A DNA stretch of 53,106 bases from Candidatus Dormiibacterota bacterium (lineage in GTDB: Bacteria > Chloroflexota > Dormibacteria > Aeolococcales > Aeolococcaceae). Under the pieces are notes generated by a model, which saw only the letters and a program-made list of their open reading frames with translations, made no database searches and had not been told where the DNA came from. Below, in pieces: positions 33,174-42,533 of the stretch. Each line of letters starts with the position of its first letter. The first letter of the stretch is position 1. The DNA lies in the NCBI GenBank assembly GCA_036521675.1, contig DATDHG010000252.1:1-53106 (forward strand). Direction: 5' to 3'. The position numbers were made by a program, and so were the translations under genes.

Positions 33174-34712
33174 CTACCCGCCTCGATAGAGCCGCGCCGC
33201 GACCACCGGACTGCCCCAGTAGGCGGTGGGCACGCGCACCTCCTCGATCAGCGTGGCGTGGGGCGGTGCAGGGTCGTTCGACCCCAGGACCAGGATGTCG
33301 CCCGTAACGGCGCCCGCGTGGGCGGGATCGACGGTGCGGACGTCACTGTGCGCCAGCGTGGCGCCGAGGTTGGCGCCCGGGGGCGGCTGGAGGTCGACGA
33401 GGGCATGCGCGTAGAGCACCCCCATGGTGCTGGAGAGGAGGATGGCGTGGCCGCCCGCGAGGCGCGCCGCGTCCGTTACAGCGGTGTCGTAGCCCGCGTC
33501 GAAGGAGCCCTCGGCACGCCCCGGCCAGGTCAGCTCCAGGTCGGCGACCACCAGGGCCACCTGGAGCGCGGCGAGGCCCGCCAGGGCGACGGCGGCGCGG
33601 CGATGCGCAGCCAGCCAGGGCAGGACCACCTCCCATCCCGTGGCGGCGAGCAGCAGCAGCGGCGGGACCATGGCCACAGCGCGGAGTGCATGGGGAATGC
33701 CCTCGTCTGTGACCGCGCTCGGGACCGGCGCAAGGACGAGGGTGGCGAGCAGCGTCAGGTCGAGCGGGCGGCGCCGCCGCACCGCGACCACCAGCCCCGC
33801 CACCACGGCGGGCGCCATCGCCAGAAGCACCAGTCCACCGAACTCTGTTGCCTGGCGCGGATTGGCGTCGCCCCGCACCAGCAGGAACACTGGCCCGAGG
33901 TGCTCCAGGTAGTTGACCGCGAACCGGCCCGCCACCACCAGCACCCCCGGATGGTCGCGGGCGATCGAGATGGCTCCTGGCCGGTTGGCCAGCGCCCCCG
34001 GGTGCCGCACCATCCAGGCCCCGACCAGCACGTAGACCGCGGCCGGGACGGCGAGCACGGCGAGCACCGCCCGACCGTCCCGGCGGGCATGGGTGGCAAG
34101 CACCACCAGGGTCAGCGGCCCCGCCAGGACCAGGCCGCTCGGGTAGGTGAGGGCGGTCAGCCCGAGGGCCGCGCCGGCCCCCGCGTACCAGCGGCCCCCG
34201 CCCCCGGCCTCGACGCGGGCGAGGCAGGCGAGCGCGACCGCCAGGCAGGCCGGGAGCGTCACGGATTCGAGCGCGGTGCGACCTGCGACCAGCAGCCACG
34301 GCATCGTCCCGGCGCCGGCGAGGGTGAGGATGGTGATCACCGCCGAGCGAGTTCTCCAGTGGGCCGCGGCGGTCACTGCGGAGCACGCGACCAGGGCGCA
34401 GAGCGCCGCGGGGAGGCGGATGGTCGCCGCGGTCAGCGGGAGCACGTACGTGAAGGGCGCCAGGAGGTACACGTACAGGGGGCTCTTCCAGTCGCCGAAC
34501 GTCTCCAGGTAGAGGGGGAGAAGGTGTCCGTGCTCATCGCGCCCGTAGTGGGCCAGGGCCCAGGCCTGGTAGCCGTTGGTGGCCTCATCCTGGTACAGCC
34601 CGGGAGGCGAGCCGCCGAGGTGGGCGACGTGGAGCAGTGCCACGGCCAGCGCGACCACGCCGATGGCCAGCCCCCAGCGGTCCGCGCCCAGCCGGCCCCA
34701 CCGGGTGCTCAC
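33174..34712 (-). CDS. GT-C fold glycosyltransferase, family 39/83-like (PMT/ArnT-like, polyprenyl-phosphate-sugar dependent)
   Basis: First-loop DE motif in LYQDEATNGYQAWAL, followed by GHLLPLYLETFGDWKSPLYVYLLAPF. More than 10 TM segments. GTG 34712 overlaps the upstream TGA (GTGA). Confidence 0.75.
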   Translation of the reverse strand: MSTRWGRLGADRWGLAIGVVALAVALLHVAHLGGSPPGLYQDEATNGYQAWALAHYGRDEHGHLLPLYLETFGDWKSPLYVYLLAPFTYVLPLTAATIRLPAALCALVACSAVTAAAHWRTRSAVITILTLAGAGTMPWLLVAGRTALESVTLPACLAVALACLARVEAGGGGRWYAGAGAALGLTALTYPSGLVLAGPLTLVVLATHARRDGRAVLAVLAVPAAVYVLVGAWMVRHPGALANRPGAISIARDHPGVLVVAGRFAVNYLEHLGPVFLLVRGDANPRQATEFGGLVLLAMAPAVVAGLVVAVRRRRPLDLTLLATLVLAPVPSAVTDEGIPHALRAVAMVPPLLLLAATGWEVVLPWLAAHRRAAVALAGLAALQVALVVADLELTWPGRAEGSFDAGYDTAVTDAARLAGGHAILLSSTMGVLYAHALVDLQPPPGANLGATLAHSDVRTVDPAHAGAVTGDILVLGSNDPAPPHATLIEEVRVPTAYWGSPVVAARLYRGG

Positions 34713-35962
34713 GCGGCCACGGCCACTCGCTCCGGGCGCGCTGCCGCCGTGAGGGGCTCGTGGCATGCTCCCGGTCGCAGCGCCAGGTATATCGCCGCCG
34801 CTCCGGTTGCCATCGTCACCAGGAGGAAGAGCGGCCGCGGGGTAGAGGCACCGTCCTGCGAAGTCCAGAGATCCACGGCGGCGATGGCGGGGACCGCTGC
34901 GACGCCGAGCAGCGCCGCCACCCGCAGCCGCCCGGCCAGGAGCAGGAAGGGCAGCGGCCAGACCAGGTACTGATCAGAGACGGTCGGCGAGAGGGTGAGC
35001 AGCACCAGCATGCTGAGCGCCAGCGCCTCGCTCCGCACCCGGCCCTGGCGCGCGGCGAGCACCCCGGCACCGATCGCAAGCCCACCCGCGGCGAGGTTGA
35101 GCAGGTTGATGGGCAGCGCATCGACGCCGTCGGCGAAAAGGAGCGACGTACCGAACCCCTGGCGGTGCGCCTGGTAGGTGACGATGCGGTGCAGACCGGT
35201 CGTCAGGTTGCCCGGATGGAGAGGGGTATATACGGCGAAGGCCGCGAGCGGCACCACCGCCACGCCGAGGAGGAGCGGCCGCCAGCTGCGCCGCGGCAGG
35301 GTGGCCAGCAGTGGGACGAGGAAGAAGACGGGCCATGGCTTGATCGCGATCGCCAGGCCGGCGAGCAGCCCCGCGGCTCCGGGGCGCTCGGGGAGGACCA
35401 CCACGGCGGCGACGAGCGGGAGCAGCACCCACGGCTCGAACTGGCCGTGCAGGGTGGGCACCGCCGCGGCGACCGGGCTGAGCGCGTACAGCCACGCCGC
35501 GCGGCGGGCGATCCGGCGGGGCGCGGCCCGCAGGATCAGCAGCGCGATCCCGGCGTCGGCGATCCAGAAGGGGGCGCGGATGAGTGCTGCGTAGAGGTGC
35601 GGGTGATCGGCGGGCACAGCGCTCGCCGCCGCCCACCACCAATAGACCAGTGGGGGATAGTTGGCCAGGCCGAGCGCGGGCTCGACGAAGACGTCGCGCC
35701 CCGCGCGCAGCGTCGACCCCACGATGCGGTACGCGTCGAAGACGTCGTACAGCCCGCCGTCGACCGCCAGCGACAGCAGCGCGCGCACCAGCAGCGCGGC
35801 GGCCAGCAGCACGGCGGTCGACCCCCCCGCCCGCCGCGCCCAGCCGGGGACGCGATCCCACGCCAGGACCACCCCACACGCTGCCAGCAGCCCCAGGAGG
35901 GCGATGGCGCCCGGGCGCAGGGAGCCGGCCGCCAGCCCGAGGGGTCCGTCGCCGGGGATCAC
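34709..35962 (-). CDS. Polytopic membrane protein, GT87/DUF2029-like (PimE-type mannosyltransferase family)
   Basis: About 10 TM segments. First loop is GGLYDVFDAYRIVGSTLRAGRDVF. Overall resemblance to DUF2029 proteins. The family call is by eye only. Confidence 0.6.
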   Translation of the reverse strand: MIPGDGPLGLAAGSLRPGAIALLGLLAACGVVLAWDRVPGWARRAGGSTAVLLAAALLVRALLSLAVDGGLYDVFDAYRIVGSTLRAGRDVFVEPALGLANYPPLVYWWWAAASAVPADHPHLYAALIRAPFWIADAGIALLILRAAPRRIARRAAWLYALSPVAAAVPTLHGQFEPWVLLPLVAAVVVLPERPGAAGLLAGLAIAIKPWPVFFLVPLLATLPRRSWRPLLLGVAVVPLAAFAVYTPLHPGNLTTGLHRIVTYQAHRQGFGTSLLFADGVDALPINLLNLAAGGLAIGAGVLAARQGRVRSEALALSMLVLLTLSPTVSDQYLVWPLPFLLLAGRLRVAALLGVAAVPAIAAVDLWTSQDGASTPRPLFLLVTMATGAAAIYLALRPGACHEPLTAAARPERVAVAA

Positions 35963-35987
35963 ACGGCGAGCGTAGAGACTGGCGCTC

Positions 35988-37004
35988 CTAGCCGGCGGTG
36001 GCGTAGATGTGGTCGGCGATGCGCCGGCGGTGGTGGTCGGCGTCTCCGTACGCCGGCTCGAGCGCCTTGCCCCGCTTCAACCAGAGGTGGAGGTCGTGTT
36101 CCCAGGTGAAGCCGATCCCGCCATGGAGCTGCAGTGCCTCCTGATTGGCGCGATGCTGGGCGTCGCCGGCCGCCGCCTTCGCGACGGACACCGCAACGCC
36201 GGCGTCGGGAAGGGCGTTGGCGAGTGCGTAGGCCGCGTAGTAGACGGCCCCCCTGGCCATCTCCAGCAGGACCCAGGTCTCGGCCAGCTTGTGCTGCACT
36301 GCCTGGAAGGCGCCGATCCGCTTGCCGAACTGCTCGCGCACCTTGACGTAGTCGAGGGTGCGGTCGAGGAGTGCGGCGGCGATCCCGACGAGCACCGCCG
36401 CAGTACCGGCCGCGGCGTGATCGGTGAGCCACGGCAGGGCCTCGCGGCCGCCCGGCAGGAGCGTCTCGGGCCCGGTCTCGGCGGTGACGCGGAAGAGGCG
36501 GCGCGCCCCGTCCACGCTGCGCACCGGTTCCAGGGTGAGCCGGTCCGGGGTGAGCAGATGGAGGTCGCCGCCGGCCTCCAGAACCACCACGTCGGCGGTG
36601 CCGGCGTCGGGGACGTAGCGCTGGGCGCTCAGCCCGACGGTGGCGATCGCGTCGCCGGCGGCCAGGCGGGGCAGCCACTGCGACTGCTGGGCGCTGCTGC
36701 CTGCGCGAGCCAGCACGGGGGCAGCCAGTGCGGCGTGCTCGAGCAGCGGCTCGGGGAGGACATGCCGCCCCGCCTCCTCGAGGAGCAGGACCATGTCCAC
36801 CTCGTCGCCCCCGAAAGCGCCCGCGGACTCGGGGAGGCAGAGGCCGAGCACGCCCATCTCCGCCAGGCGGCGCCAGCGTTGCGGGGAGCGGCCGGTAGGG
36901 TCGTCCCACATCGCGCGTACGTGCTGCGGTGTGCATTCGCGCGCGAGCAGGTTGCGGAGCGCATCGCGCAGCAGGTACTGCTCGTCGCTGAAGTCGAAAT
37001 CCAT
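35988..37004 (-). CDS. Acyl-CoA dehydrogenase-family protein (short, ~338 aa subunit)
   Basis: Starts at ATG 37004 (MDFDFSDEQYLLRDALRNLL...). C-terminal ACAD helices (QFGKRIGAFQAVQHKLAE, LQLHGGIGFTWEHDLHLW). The upstream part of ORF 35988..37484 is spurious. Confidence 0.85.
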   Translation of the reverse strand: MDFDFSDEQYLLRDALRNLLARECTPQHVRAMWDDPTGRSPQRWRRLAEMGVLGLCLPESAGAFGGDEVDMVLLLEEAGRHVLPEPLLEHAALAAPVLARAGSSAQQSQWLPRLAAGDAIATVGLSAQRYVPDAGTADVVVLEAGGDLHLLTPDRLTLEPVRSVDGARRLFRVTAETGPETLLPGGREALPWLTDHAAAGTAAVLVGIAAALLDRTLDYVKVREQFGKRIGAFQAVQHKLAETWVLLEMARGAVYYAAYALANALPDAGVAVSVAKAAAGDAQHRANQEALQLHGGIGFTWEHDLHLWLKRGKALEPAYGDADHHRRRIADHIYATAG

Positions 37005-37009
37005 GCGAT

Positions 37010-38191
37010 CTACTCGCGGGGGAGGCCGAGAACGCGTTGGGCCAGGATGTTCTTCTGGATCTCGCTGGTACCGGCGTAGATCATCGCGGCCCGGGCGTAC
37101 AGGTACTCGTTGAACCATTCCCCCTCGGCGTCGCGGCTGCCGGGGAGCAGCTCGCCGCGCGGCCCCAGGACGTCGATGGCGAGCTCGGCGATCCGCGCCT
37201 CCATCTCCGACCACCAGAGCTTGGTCAGCGAGGCCTCGGGGCCGAGGGTCTGGCCCTTGCCGAGCCGCGTGAGGGTGCGCTGCGTGCTCAGCTCGAAGAG
37301 GCGGGTGTCGATGTAGGCCTGGGCGACGCGGCGGCGCACGTCGGGGTCGTCGGCGGCGACGCCCCCGTTGCGCGGCTCGCGCCGGGTGATGTCGACGGTC
37401 GCCTCGAGCATGCGATTGAAGGCGGCGGGGCTGCCCAGGCCGGTGCCGCGCTCGAACCCGAGCGCGGTCATCGCCACCTTCCAACCACCGTTGACCTCAC
37501 CGACGACGTTGCCGGCGGGAACGCGCACGTCGGTGAAGAAGACCTCGGCGAAGCGCGCGTCCCCGTTGATCTGCACCAGCGGGCGCACCTCCACACCGGG
37601 GCTGTGCATGTCGATCAGGACAAAGGAGATGCCGCCGTGCCTGGGGGCGTCGGGATCGGTCCTCACCAGGGTGAAGATCCAGTCGCCGAACCGGCCCAGA
37701 GAGGTCCAGATCTTCTGCCCGTTGATGACAAATTCGTCTCCATCTCGGAGCGCGCGAGTGCGCAGCGCGGCCAGGTCGCTGCCCGCATTGGGCTCACTGA
37801 ATCCCTGGCACCAGATCTCGTCGCAGTTGAGGATGCGCGCCAGGTGCCGCTCCCGCTGCGCCTGGGTGCCGTGAACCATGAGCGTGGGCCCGAGTAGCCC
37901 CAGCCCCAGCCGGTTGATGCGCGCCGGCGCATCGGCGCGGACGTACTCGTCGGTGAGGATGGCCTGCTGTACCAGCGAGGCGCCGCGGCCCCCGTACTCG
38001 ACGGGCCAGGCCGCGCCGGCCAGCCCGGCCTTGTGCAGCTCGCGCTCCCAGTCGCGATACCGCTCGAAGGCCTCTCCGCCCGCCTCCCAGTCGAGCGCGC
38101 GGGTGGCCTCGATCTGGTCGCGGTGGTCGCCAAGCCAGCTCCGCACCTCGTCACGGAAAGCGGCATCCTCGGGTGACAGCTGGAAGTCCAT
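37010..38191 (-). CDS. Acyl-CoA dehydrogenase
   Basis: MDFQLSPEDAAFRDEVRSWL, WCQGFSEPNAGSDLA, ING.KIWTS, YAGTSEIQKNILA. Confidence 0.9.
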   Translation of the reverse strand: MDFQLSPEDAAFRDEVRSWLGDHRDQIEATRALDWEAGGEAFERYRDWERELHKAGLAGAAWPVEYGGRGASLVQQAILTDEYVRADAPARINRLGLGLLGPTLMVHGTQAQRERHLARILNCDEIWCQGFSEPNAGSDLAALRTRALRDGDEFVINGQKIWTSLGRFGDWIFTLVRTDPDAPRHGGISFVLIDMHSPGVEVRPLVQINGDARFAEVFFTDVRVPAGNVVGEVNGGWKVAMTALGFERGTGLGSPAAFNRMLEATVDITRREPRNGGVAADDPDVRRRVAQAYIDTRLFELSTQRTLTRLGKGQTLGPEASLTKLWWSEMEARIAELAIDVLGPRGELLPGSRDAEGEWFNEYLYARAAMIYAGTSEIQKNILAQRVLGLPRE

Positions 38192-38290
38192 GTGCTTGCT
38201 CCTGGGCCCGGCGCGATCATGGCAGAGGCGGACGAGGGCTCGATCGGCCCGTCAGGACGGCCGCAGGGATGCCGGGTAGGCTAGGCGCGG

Positions 38291-39022
38291 ATGACGCTGC
38301 GCAGCATGCCGTCGGTTGAGCCCGCTGCAGCGACGCGGCGGCGCGTCGCCCAGCTGGCGACGGCCCTGCTCGTGGTGCTGGCCGCCTGTGGCCCGGACCC
38401 GGGGCCGTCCCCGATCTTCACCGCCAGCGCCACCGCCACCGGGCAGCCCACTCCCGGCCCGGGGGTCGCCGGGGCGAGCGTCATTCCCTTCGTGGGCAAC
38501 GCGAGCTGTCCGACCGACGGGGCGCAGCCGTACTCGCCCTCGCCGCCGTATGCGAATGCGTCCCCGGCAATCGGGCAGGTGATCCCGGAGATGCCCCACT
38601 TCCACGTTTCCGCCGGCACCCACGTCGACTACGAGCACAATCCGCCCACCTCGGGCTGCCACTGGTCCAGCGACGGCGCCCCCGCCAGCCCCGGCGTGTA
38701 CGACCGACCGGTGCCGCCCGAGGCGTGGGTCCACAACCTCGAGCACGGCTACATCGTGGTCCTCTACGACTGTCCTTCCGGCTGCCCGGCCGTGGTGACC
38801 GCCCTGGAGATGTGGCTCACCACGCTGCCTCCCGACCCCGCCGGCCAGGGCCTCATTCCCTACGCCAAGGTGCTCGTCACTCCGTATCACGGCATGCCCA
38901 CGCCATTCGCGGTGCTGAGCTGGGACTACTACCTGCCCCTGGCTGCGTTCGACATCGCGCAGGTGGAGGCTTTCTACGCCAACCACGTGGGCCGCTCGCC
39001 GGAGGGGCCGCTCTCAGCCTGA
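38291..39022 (+). CDS. DUF3105 domain-containing lipoprotein
   Basis: Lipobox LLVVLAACG. Conserved block HVDYEHNPPTSGCHW...WVHNLEHGYIVVLYDC. Confidence 0.75.
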   Translation: MTLRSMPSVEPAAATRRRVAQLATALLVVLAACGPDPGPSPIFTASATATGQPTPGPGVAGASVIPFVGNASCPTDGAQPYSPSPPYANASPAIGQVIPEMPHFHVSAGTHVDYEHNPPTSGCHWSSDGAPASPGVYDRPVPPEAWVHNLEHGYIVVLYDCPSGCPAVVTALEMWLTTLPPDPAGQGLIPYAKVLVTPYHGMPTPFAVLSWDYYLPLAAFDIAQVEAFYANHVGRSPEGPLSA

Positions 39023-39108
39023 CGCCGCTCGCCGGCCATGGCGACCATCGGCTGCCCTACAGTCGCGAACTGGCCGGGGCGCCGTCCCAGCCGGCAGGGA
39101 GACACGCG

Positions 39109-40137
39109 GTGAAGTTGGGACTGTCGACCGGGTACTGGGGGGCCGGTCCGCCTCCCGGTGCGCTCGAGCAGGTGCTCGAAGCCGACCGCCTCGGATTCGA
39201 CTCTGTGTGGACCAGCGAGGCGTACGGATCGGATGTGCTCACCCCGCTGGCGTGGTGGGGATCGCACACCACGCGGGTGCGCCTGGGCACAGCGATCATG
39301 CAGATGTCGGCTCGGACTCCCGCGGCGGCGGCGATGGCCGCGATCAGCCTCGATCACCTCAGCGGCGGCCGCTTCATCCTGGGGCTGGGCGCCAGCGGTC
39401 CGCAGGTGGTGGAGGGCTGGTACGGACAGCCCTACGGCAAGCCGCTCGCCCGCACCCGTGAGTACGTCGCCATCGTGCGCAGCATCCTCGCGCGCGCCGA
39501 GCCGGTGACCTTCACCGGCGAGTACTACACCATGCCGAACCCCGGCACCACTGGGCTGGGGAAGCCGCTGAAGTCGACGGTTCACCCGCTGCGCAGCGAC
39601 CTGCCCGTCTGGCTCGCCGCCGAGGGACCGAAGAACGTCGCCCTGGCTGCGGAGGTCTGCGACGGCTGGTTGCCCATGTTCTATTCGCCGCGCCACGATA
39701 GGCATTTTCGCGACGCCCTCACTGAGGGTTTTGCACGCCCCCGAGCCCGCCGCGCGCTGGAGACTTTCGAGATCGCCTGCACCGTGCCTCTCATCCCCGG
39801 CGATGACGTCGACAGCTGCGCGGCGCTGGTGAAGCCGTTCCTGGCGCTTTACGTCGGCGGCATGGGGGCGCGCGGCCGCAACTTCCACTTCGATGCGGTG
39901 GCCCGCCTCGGGTATGAAGACATCGCCGTGCGCGTGCAGGAACTCTACCTGGAGGGGCGCAAGCAGGAAGCCGCGGCGCTCATCCCCACCGCGCTGGTCG
40001 AGGAGATCGCCCTGGTGGGGCCGGTGGCGAAGCTCAAGGAGGAGCTCACCGAATGGCGCCGCTCACTGGTCACCACCATGCTGGTCAGCGGCGACGTCGC
40101 GCTGCTCCGCCAGGCGGCCGAGCTGGTGCTGGGGTAA
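39109..40137 (+). CDS. LLM-class F420-dependent oxidoreductase (Rv3520c-like family)
   Basis: GTG 39109 with GGGAGA upstream. VKLGLSTGYWGAGPP...GFDSVWTSEAYGSDVLTPLAWWG...LDHLSGGRFILGLGASGPQVVEGWYG. Confidence 0.85.
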   Translation: MKLGLSTGYWGAGPPPGALEQVLEADRLGFDSVWTSEAYGSDVLTPLAWWGSHTTRVRLGTAIMQMSARTPAAAAMAAISLDHLSGGRFILGLGASGPQVVEGWYGQPYGKPLARTREYVAIVRSILARAEPVTFTGEYYTMPNPGTTGLGKPLKSTVHPLRSDLPVWLAAEGPKNVALAAEVCDGWLPMFYSPRHDRHFRDALTEGFARPRARRALETFEIACTVPLIPGDDVDSCAALVKPFLALYVGGMGARGRNFHFDAVARLGYEDIAVRVQELYLEGRKQEAAALIPTALVEEIALVGPVAKLKEELTEWRRSLVTTMLVSGDVALLRQAAELVLG

Positions 40138-40147
40138 CCGCAACCGC

Positions 40148-40738
40148 TCAGGATCGCGGTCGGATCAGCTGCAGAAACTCGGCGCGCGTCTTGTCGTCAT
40201 CCCGGAAGGCGCCCAGCATGCAGCTCGTCACCGTCTTGCTGTTCTGCTTCTGCACCCCGCGCATCATCATGCACAGGTGGGAGGCCTCGATGACCACCGC
40301 GATGCCGGCGGGGGTGATGGCCTCGTCGAGGGCCTCGGCGATCTGCGTGGTGAGCCGCTCCTGCACCTGCAGCCGGTGCGCGAAAACGTCGACGACGCGG
40401 GGTAGCTTGCTGATGCCCACGATGCGTCCCTGGGGGATGTAGGCGATGTGGGCGCGGCCGAAGAAAGGCAGCATGTGGTGCTCGCAGAGCGAGTAGAGCT
40501 CGATGTCGGTCACCGCCACCATCTCGCTGTACGACTCCGCGAAGACCGCCCCGTTGATGACCTCGGGCACCGACCTGTCGTACCCGTCGGTGAGGAACCG
40601 CAGGCTGCGCGCGACGCGCTCAGGGGTGTGCACCAGGCCGTCGCGGGTGGGATCCTCACCGATTGCGGCGAGTGTCCCCGCGATGTGGGGGGCGATGGGA
40701 TCGTCGTCGCGGCGCAGGTGGCGGAACGGCCGGGCCAT
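40148..40738 (-). CDS. folE: GTP cyclohydrolase I
   Basis: [36 protein letters not shown]. Confidence 0.95.
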   Translation of the reverse strand: MARPFRHLRRDDDPIAPHIAGTLAAIGEDPTRDGLVHTPERVARSLRFLTDGYDRSVPEVINGAVFAESYSEMVAVTDIELYSLCEHHMLPFFGRAHIAYIPQGRIVGISKLPRVVDVFAHRLQVQERLTTQIAEALDEAITPAGIAVVIEASHLCMMMRGVQKQNSKTVTSCMLGAFRDDDKTRAEFLQLIRPRS

Positions 40739-40770
40739 ACCGGCCAGACTAGCAGGGGCGGCTCCCGAGG

Positions 40771-41742
40771 TCAGGCGGGCAGCTCGACGACGGTGACCGC
40801 CAGGTCGACGGCGCCGCCGTCGCGCAGCACACGCAGCGACAGGGTGCGGCCGATGACCGGGCCCAGCATCAGCCGCTGCAGGTCCCCGGCGGCTTCCACG
40901 GGACTGCCGTCGACGGCGACGATGACGTCGCCGCTGCGCAACCCCGCGCGCGCGGCGGGGCTGCCCTCGACCACCTCGAGAACCTCGAGGCCGCCGCCGC
41001 GGCCTGCCCAGCGGGACAGGCGGGGCGGCAGCGGGCGGCGGGCTCCGGCGATCCCCAGGTAACCGCGCCGGACGCGGCCGCCGGCGATGAGCTGGGCGAT
41101 GATGCCCTGGGTGGTGGCGTTGACCGGGACCGCCAGGCCGAGGCCCAGCCCGGCCACCGCGGTATTGATGCCGACGACGCGCGCCCGGGCGTCGGCCAGC
41201 GCGCCGCCGGAGTTGCCCGGGTTCAGCGCTGCGTCGGTCTGGATGACGTCCTCCACCACCCGCACGTGGGCGCCGCTCTGGGTGGCCAGGCTCCTCCCGA
41301 CCCCGCTCACCACCCCGGCGGTGACGGATCCGGCGTAGCCGAGGGGATTGCCGACCGCGACGACCAGCTGGCCCACCTTCAGGCCGTCGGCGTCCCCGAG
41401 CGTGGCCGGGACGAGGGTGTCGAGAGCCCCGACCCGGACGACGCCGAGGTCGCTGAGCGCATCGGTTCCGGTCACCTGGAAGTCGCCGTCACGGCCGTCG
41501 GCGAACACGGCCACCCCGCCCGTGGCCCCGCGGATGACGTGCGCCGAGGTCAGCAGATAGCCGTCGGCGCTGAGCACCACCGCGGAGCCGCTGCCCTCTG
41601 CCCGACGCCCGGCGCGGGTGGCGGCGACCCGCAACGAGGCGACCGAAGGCCGCAGGCGCTCGGCGACGGCGACGACCGCCGCCGAGTACGCGTCGAGCGC
41701 CTCTGCGCCGTCCTGAGCGTGAGCGGCGGGATCGACGGCCAT
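40771..41742 (-). CDS. S1C (HtrA/DegP-like) serine protease with C-terminal PDZ domain
   Basis: ATG 41742 ([10 protein letters not shown]...). LLTSAHV (His), [14 protein letters not shown] (Ser), and a PDZ domain ([29 protein letters not shown]). No obvious signal peptide. Confidence 0.85.
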   Translation of the reverse strand: MAVDPAAHAQDGAEALDAYSAAVVAVAERLRPSVASLRVAATRAGRRAEGSGSAVVLSADGYLLTSAHVIRGATGGVAVFADGRDGDFQVTGTDALSDLGVVRVGALDTLVPATLGDADGLKVGQLVVAVGNPLGYAGSVTAGVVSGVGRSLATQSGAHVRVVEDVIQTDAALNPGNSGGALADARARVVGINTAVAGLGLGLAVPVNATTQGIIAQLIAGGRVRRGYLGIAGARRPLPPRLSRWAGRGGGLEVLEVVEGSPAARAGLRSGDVIVAVDGSPVEAAGDLQRLMLGPVIGRTLSLRVLRDGGAVDLAVTVVELPA

Positions 41743-41762
41743 GGCCTTGCTCGCGTCCGGGG

Positions 41763-42320
41763 TCAGATCTCCGGGCCGGCCTCGCGCGCCTTCTCGACGG
41801 CCCCCAGCGCGTCGCGCAGGCTGGCCAGCCACTCCTCCTGGTGGCGGCCCACCAGGCGCACGCACCGGGCGAGCGCCTCGCTGCGGCTGCGGGCGACGCC
41901 GGCGTCGATCAGGGTGTCGAGCACCTGGCGCTCAGGCTGGCGCAGGCGGGTCATCACCGGCGCGGCCACGTTGGTGAAGAGCTGAGTGTCGCCCCCCACG
42001 TCGACGCCCCAGGACACGCGGCGGCCGAAGCGGTGCTGGGCCTCGTCGGCGATGGCCATGCGGGCGTCGCGAGTGTCCTCGCGGAAGCGGCTGACGCGCG
42101 CGGCCCGGGCGGTGGCCCGCTCGGCGTCGGTCGCGCCCGCGGCGAGGTCGACGTCCGCGATGGCGCCGACAACCAGGATCTCGTCGGTGTCGACGCTGAC
42201 CGTCGGAGCCGCCGAGAACCAGCCGTCGGGAACGCGACCGGCGAACCAGGCGGGGGACTCGGCCGCGGCCGTCGAGGAGTCGTGGTGGTGGTGGTGGTGG
42301 GAGGTGCGCTGAGATTTCAT
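41763..42320 (-). CDS. Hypothetical protein with N-terminal native His6 tract and C-terminal ribbon-helix-helix-like segment
   Basis: MKSQRTSHHHHHHDSS... The C-terminal TRLRQPERQVLDTLIDAGVARSRSEALARCVRLV fits the beta-alpha-alpha RHH (CopG/Arc/MetJ) pattern. Confidence 0.6.
   Translation of the reverse strand: MKSQRTSHHHHHHDSSTAAAESPAWFAGRVPDGWFSAAPTVSVDTDEILVVGAIADVDLAAGATDAERATARAARVSRFREDTRDARMAIADEAQHRFGRRVSWGVDVGGDTQLFTNVAAPVMTRLRQPERQVLDTLIDAGVARSRSEALARCVRLVGRHQEEWLASLRDALGAVEKAREAGPEI
42283..42300 (-). repeat. Perfect (CAC)6 trinucleotide microsatellite encoding the His6 tract
   Basis: The plus strand reads GTGGTGGTGGTGGTGGTG at 42283-42300. Confidence 0.95.
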
Positions 42321-42327
42321 AATTACA

Positions 42328-42356
42328 TCATTACACAGGAGCTAACGCAAAGTAAA
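42328..42356 (-). promoter_or_regulatory. Sigma-70-like promoter in an AT-rich island; probable leaderless or near-leaderless start of the His6-RHH gene
   Basis: On the coding strand: TTTACT (42351-42356), 17 nt, then TAATGA (42328-42333), ending 7 nt before ATG 42320. No Shine-Dalgarno. GC is 36% over 42311-42360. Confidence 0.4.
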
Positions 42357-42533
42357 CCTCTCCGTCCAAGCGAGGTCCCGGGAGAGCGGGGCGGGGTGAT
42401 GACGTCTGCCGGGCCTTCTACGACGGCGGCGGCCCCCGCCGGCGTAGAGAAGCAGGTCACGGCAACGCCGTGTCGCTGTGCCCGACAGGCGTCGGCATGC
42501 CGCCCCGTGGCGCAAGCGGATTCCGAGCCGCCC

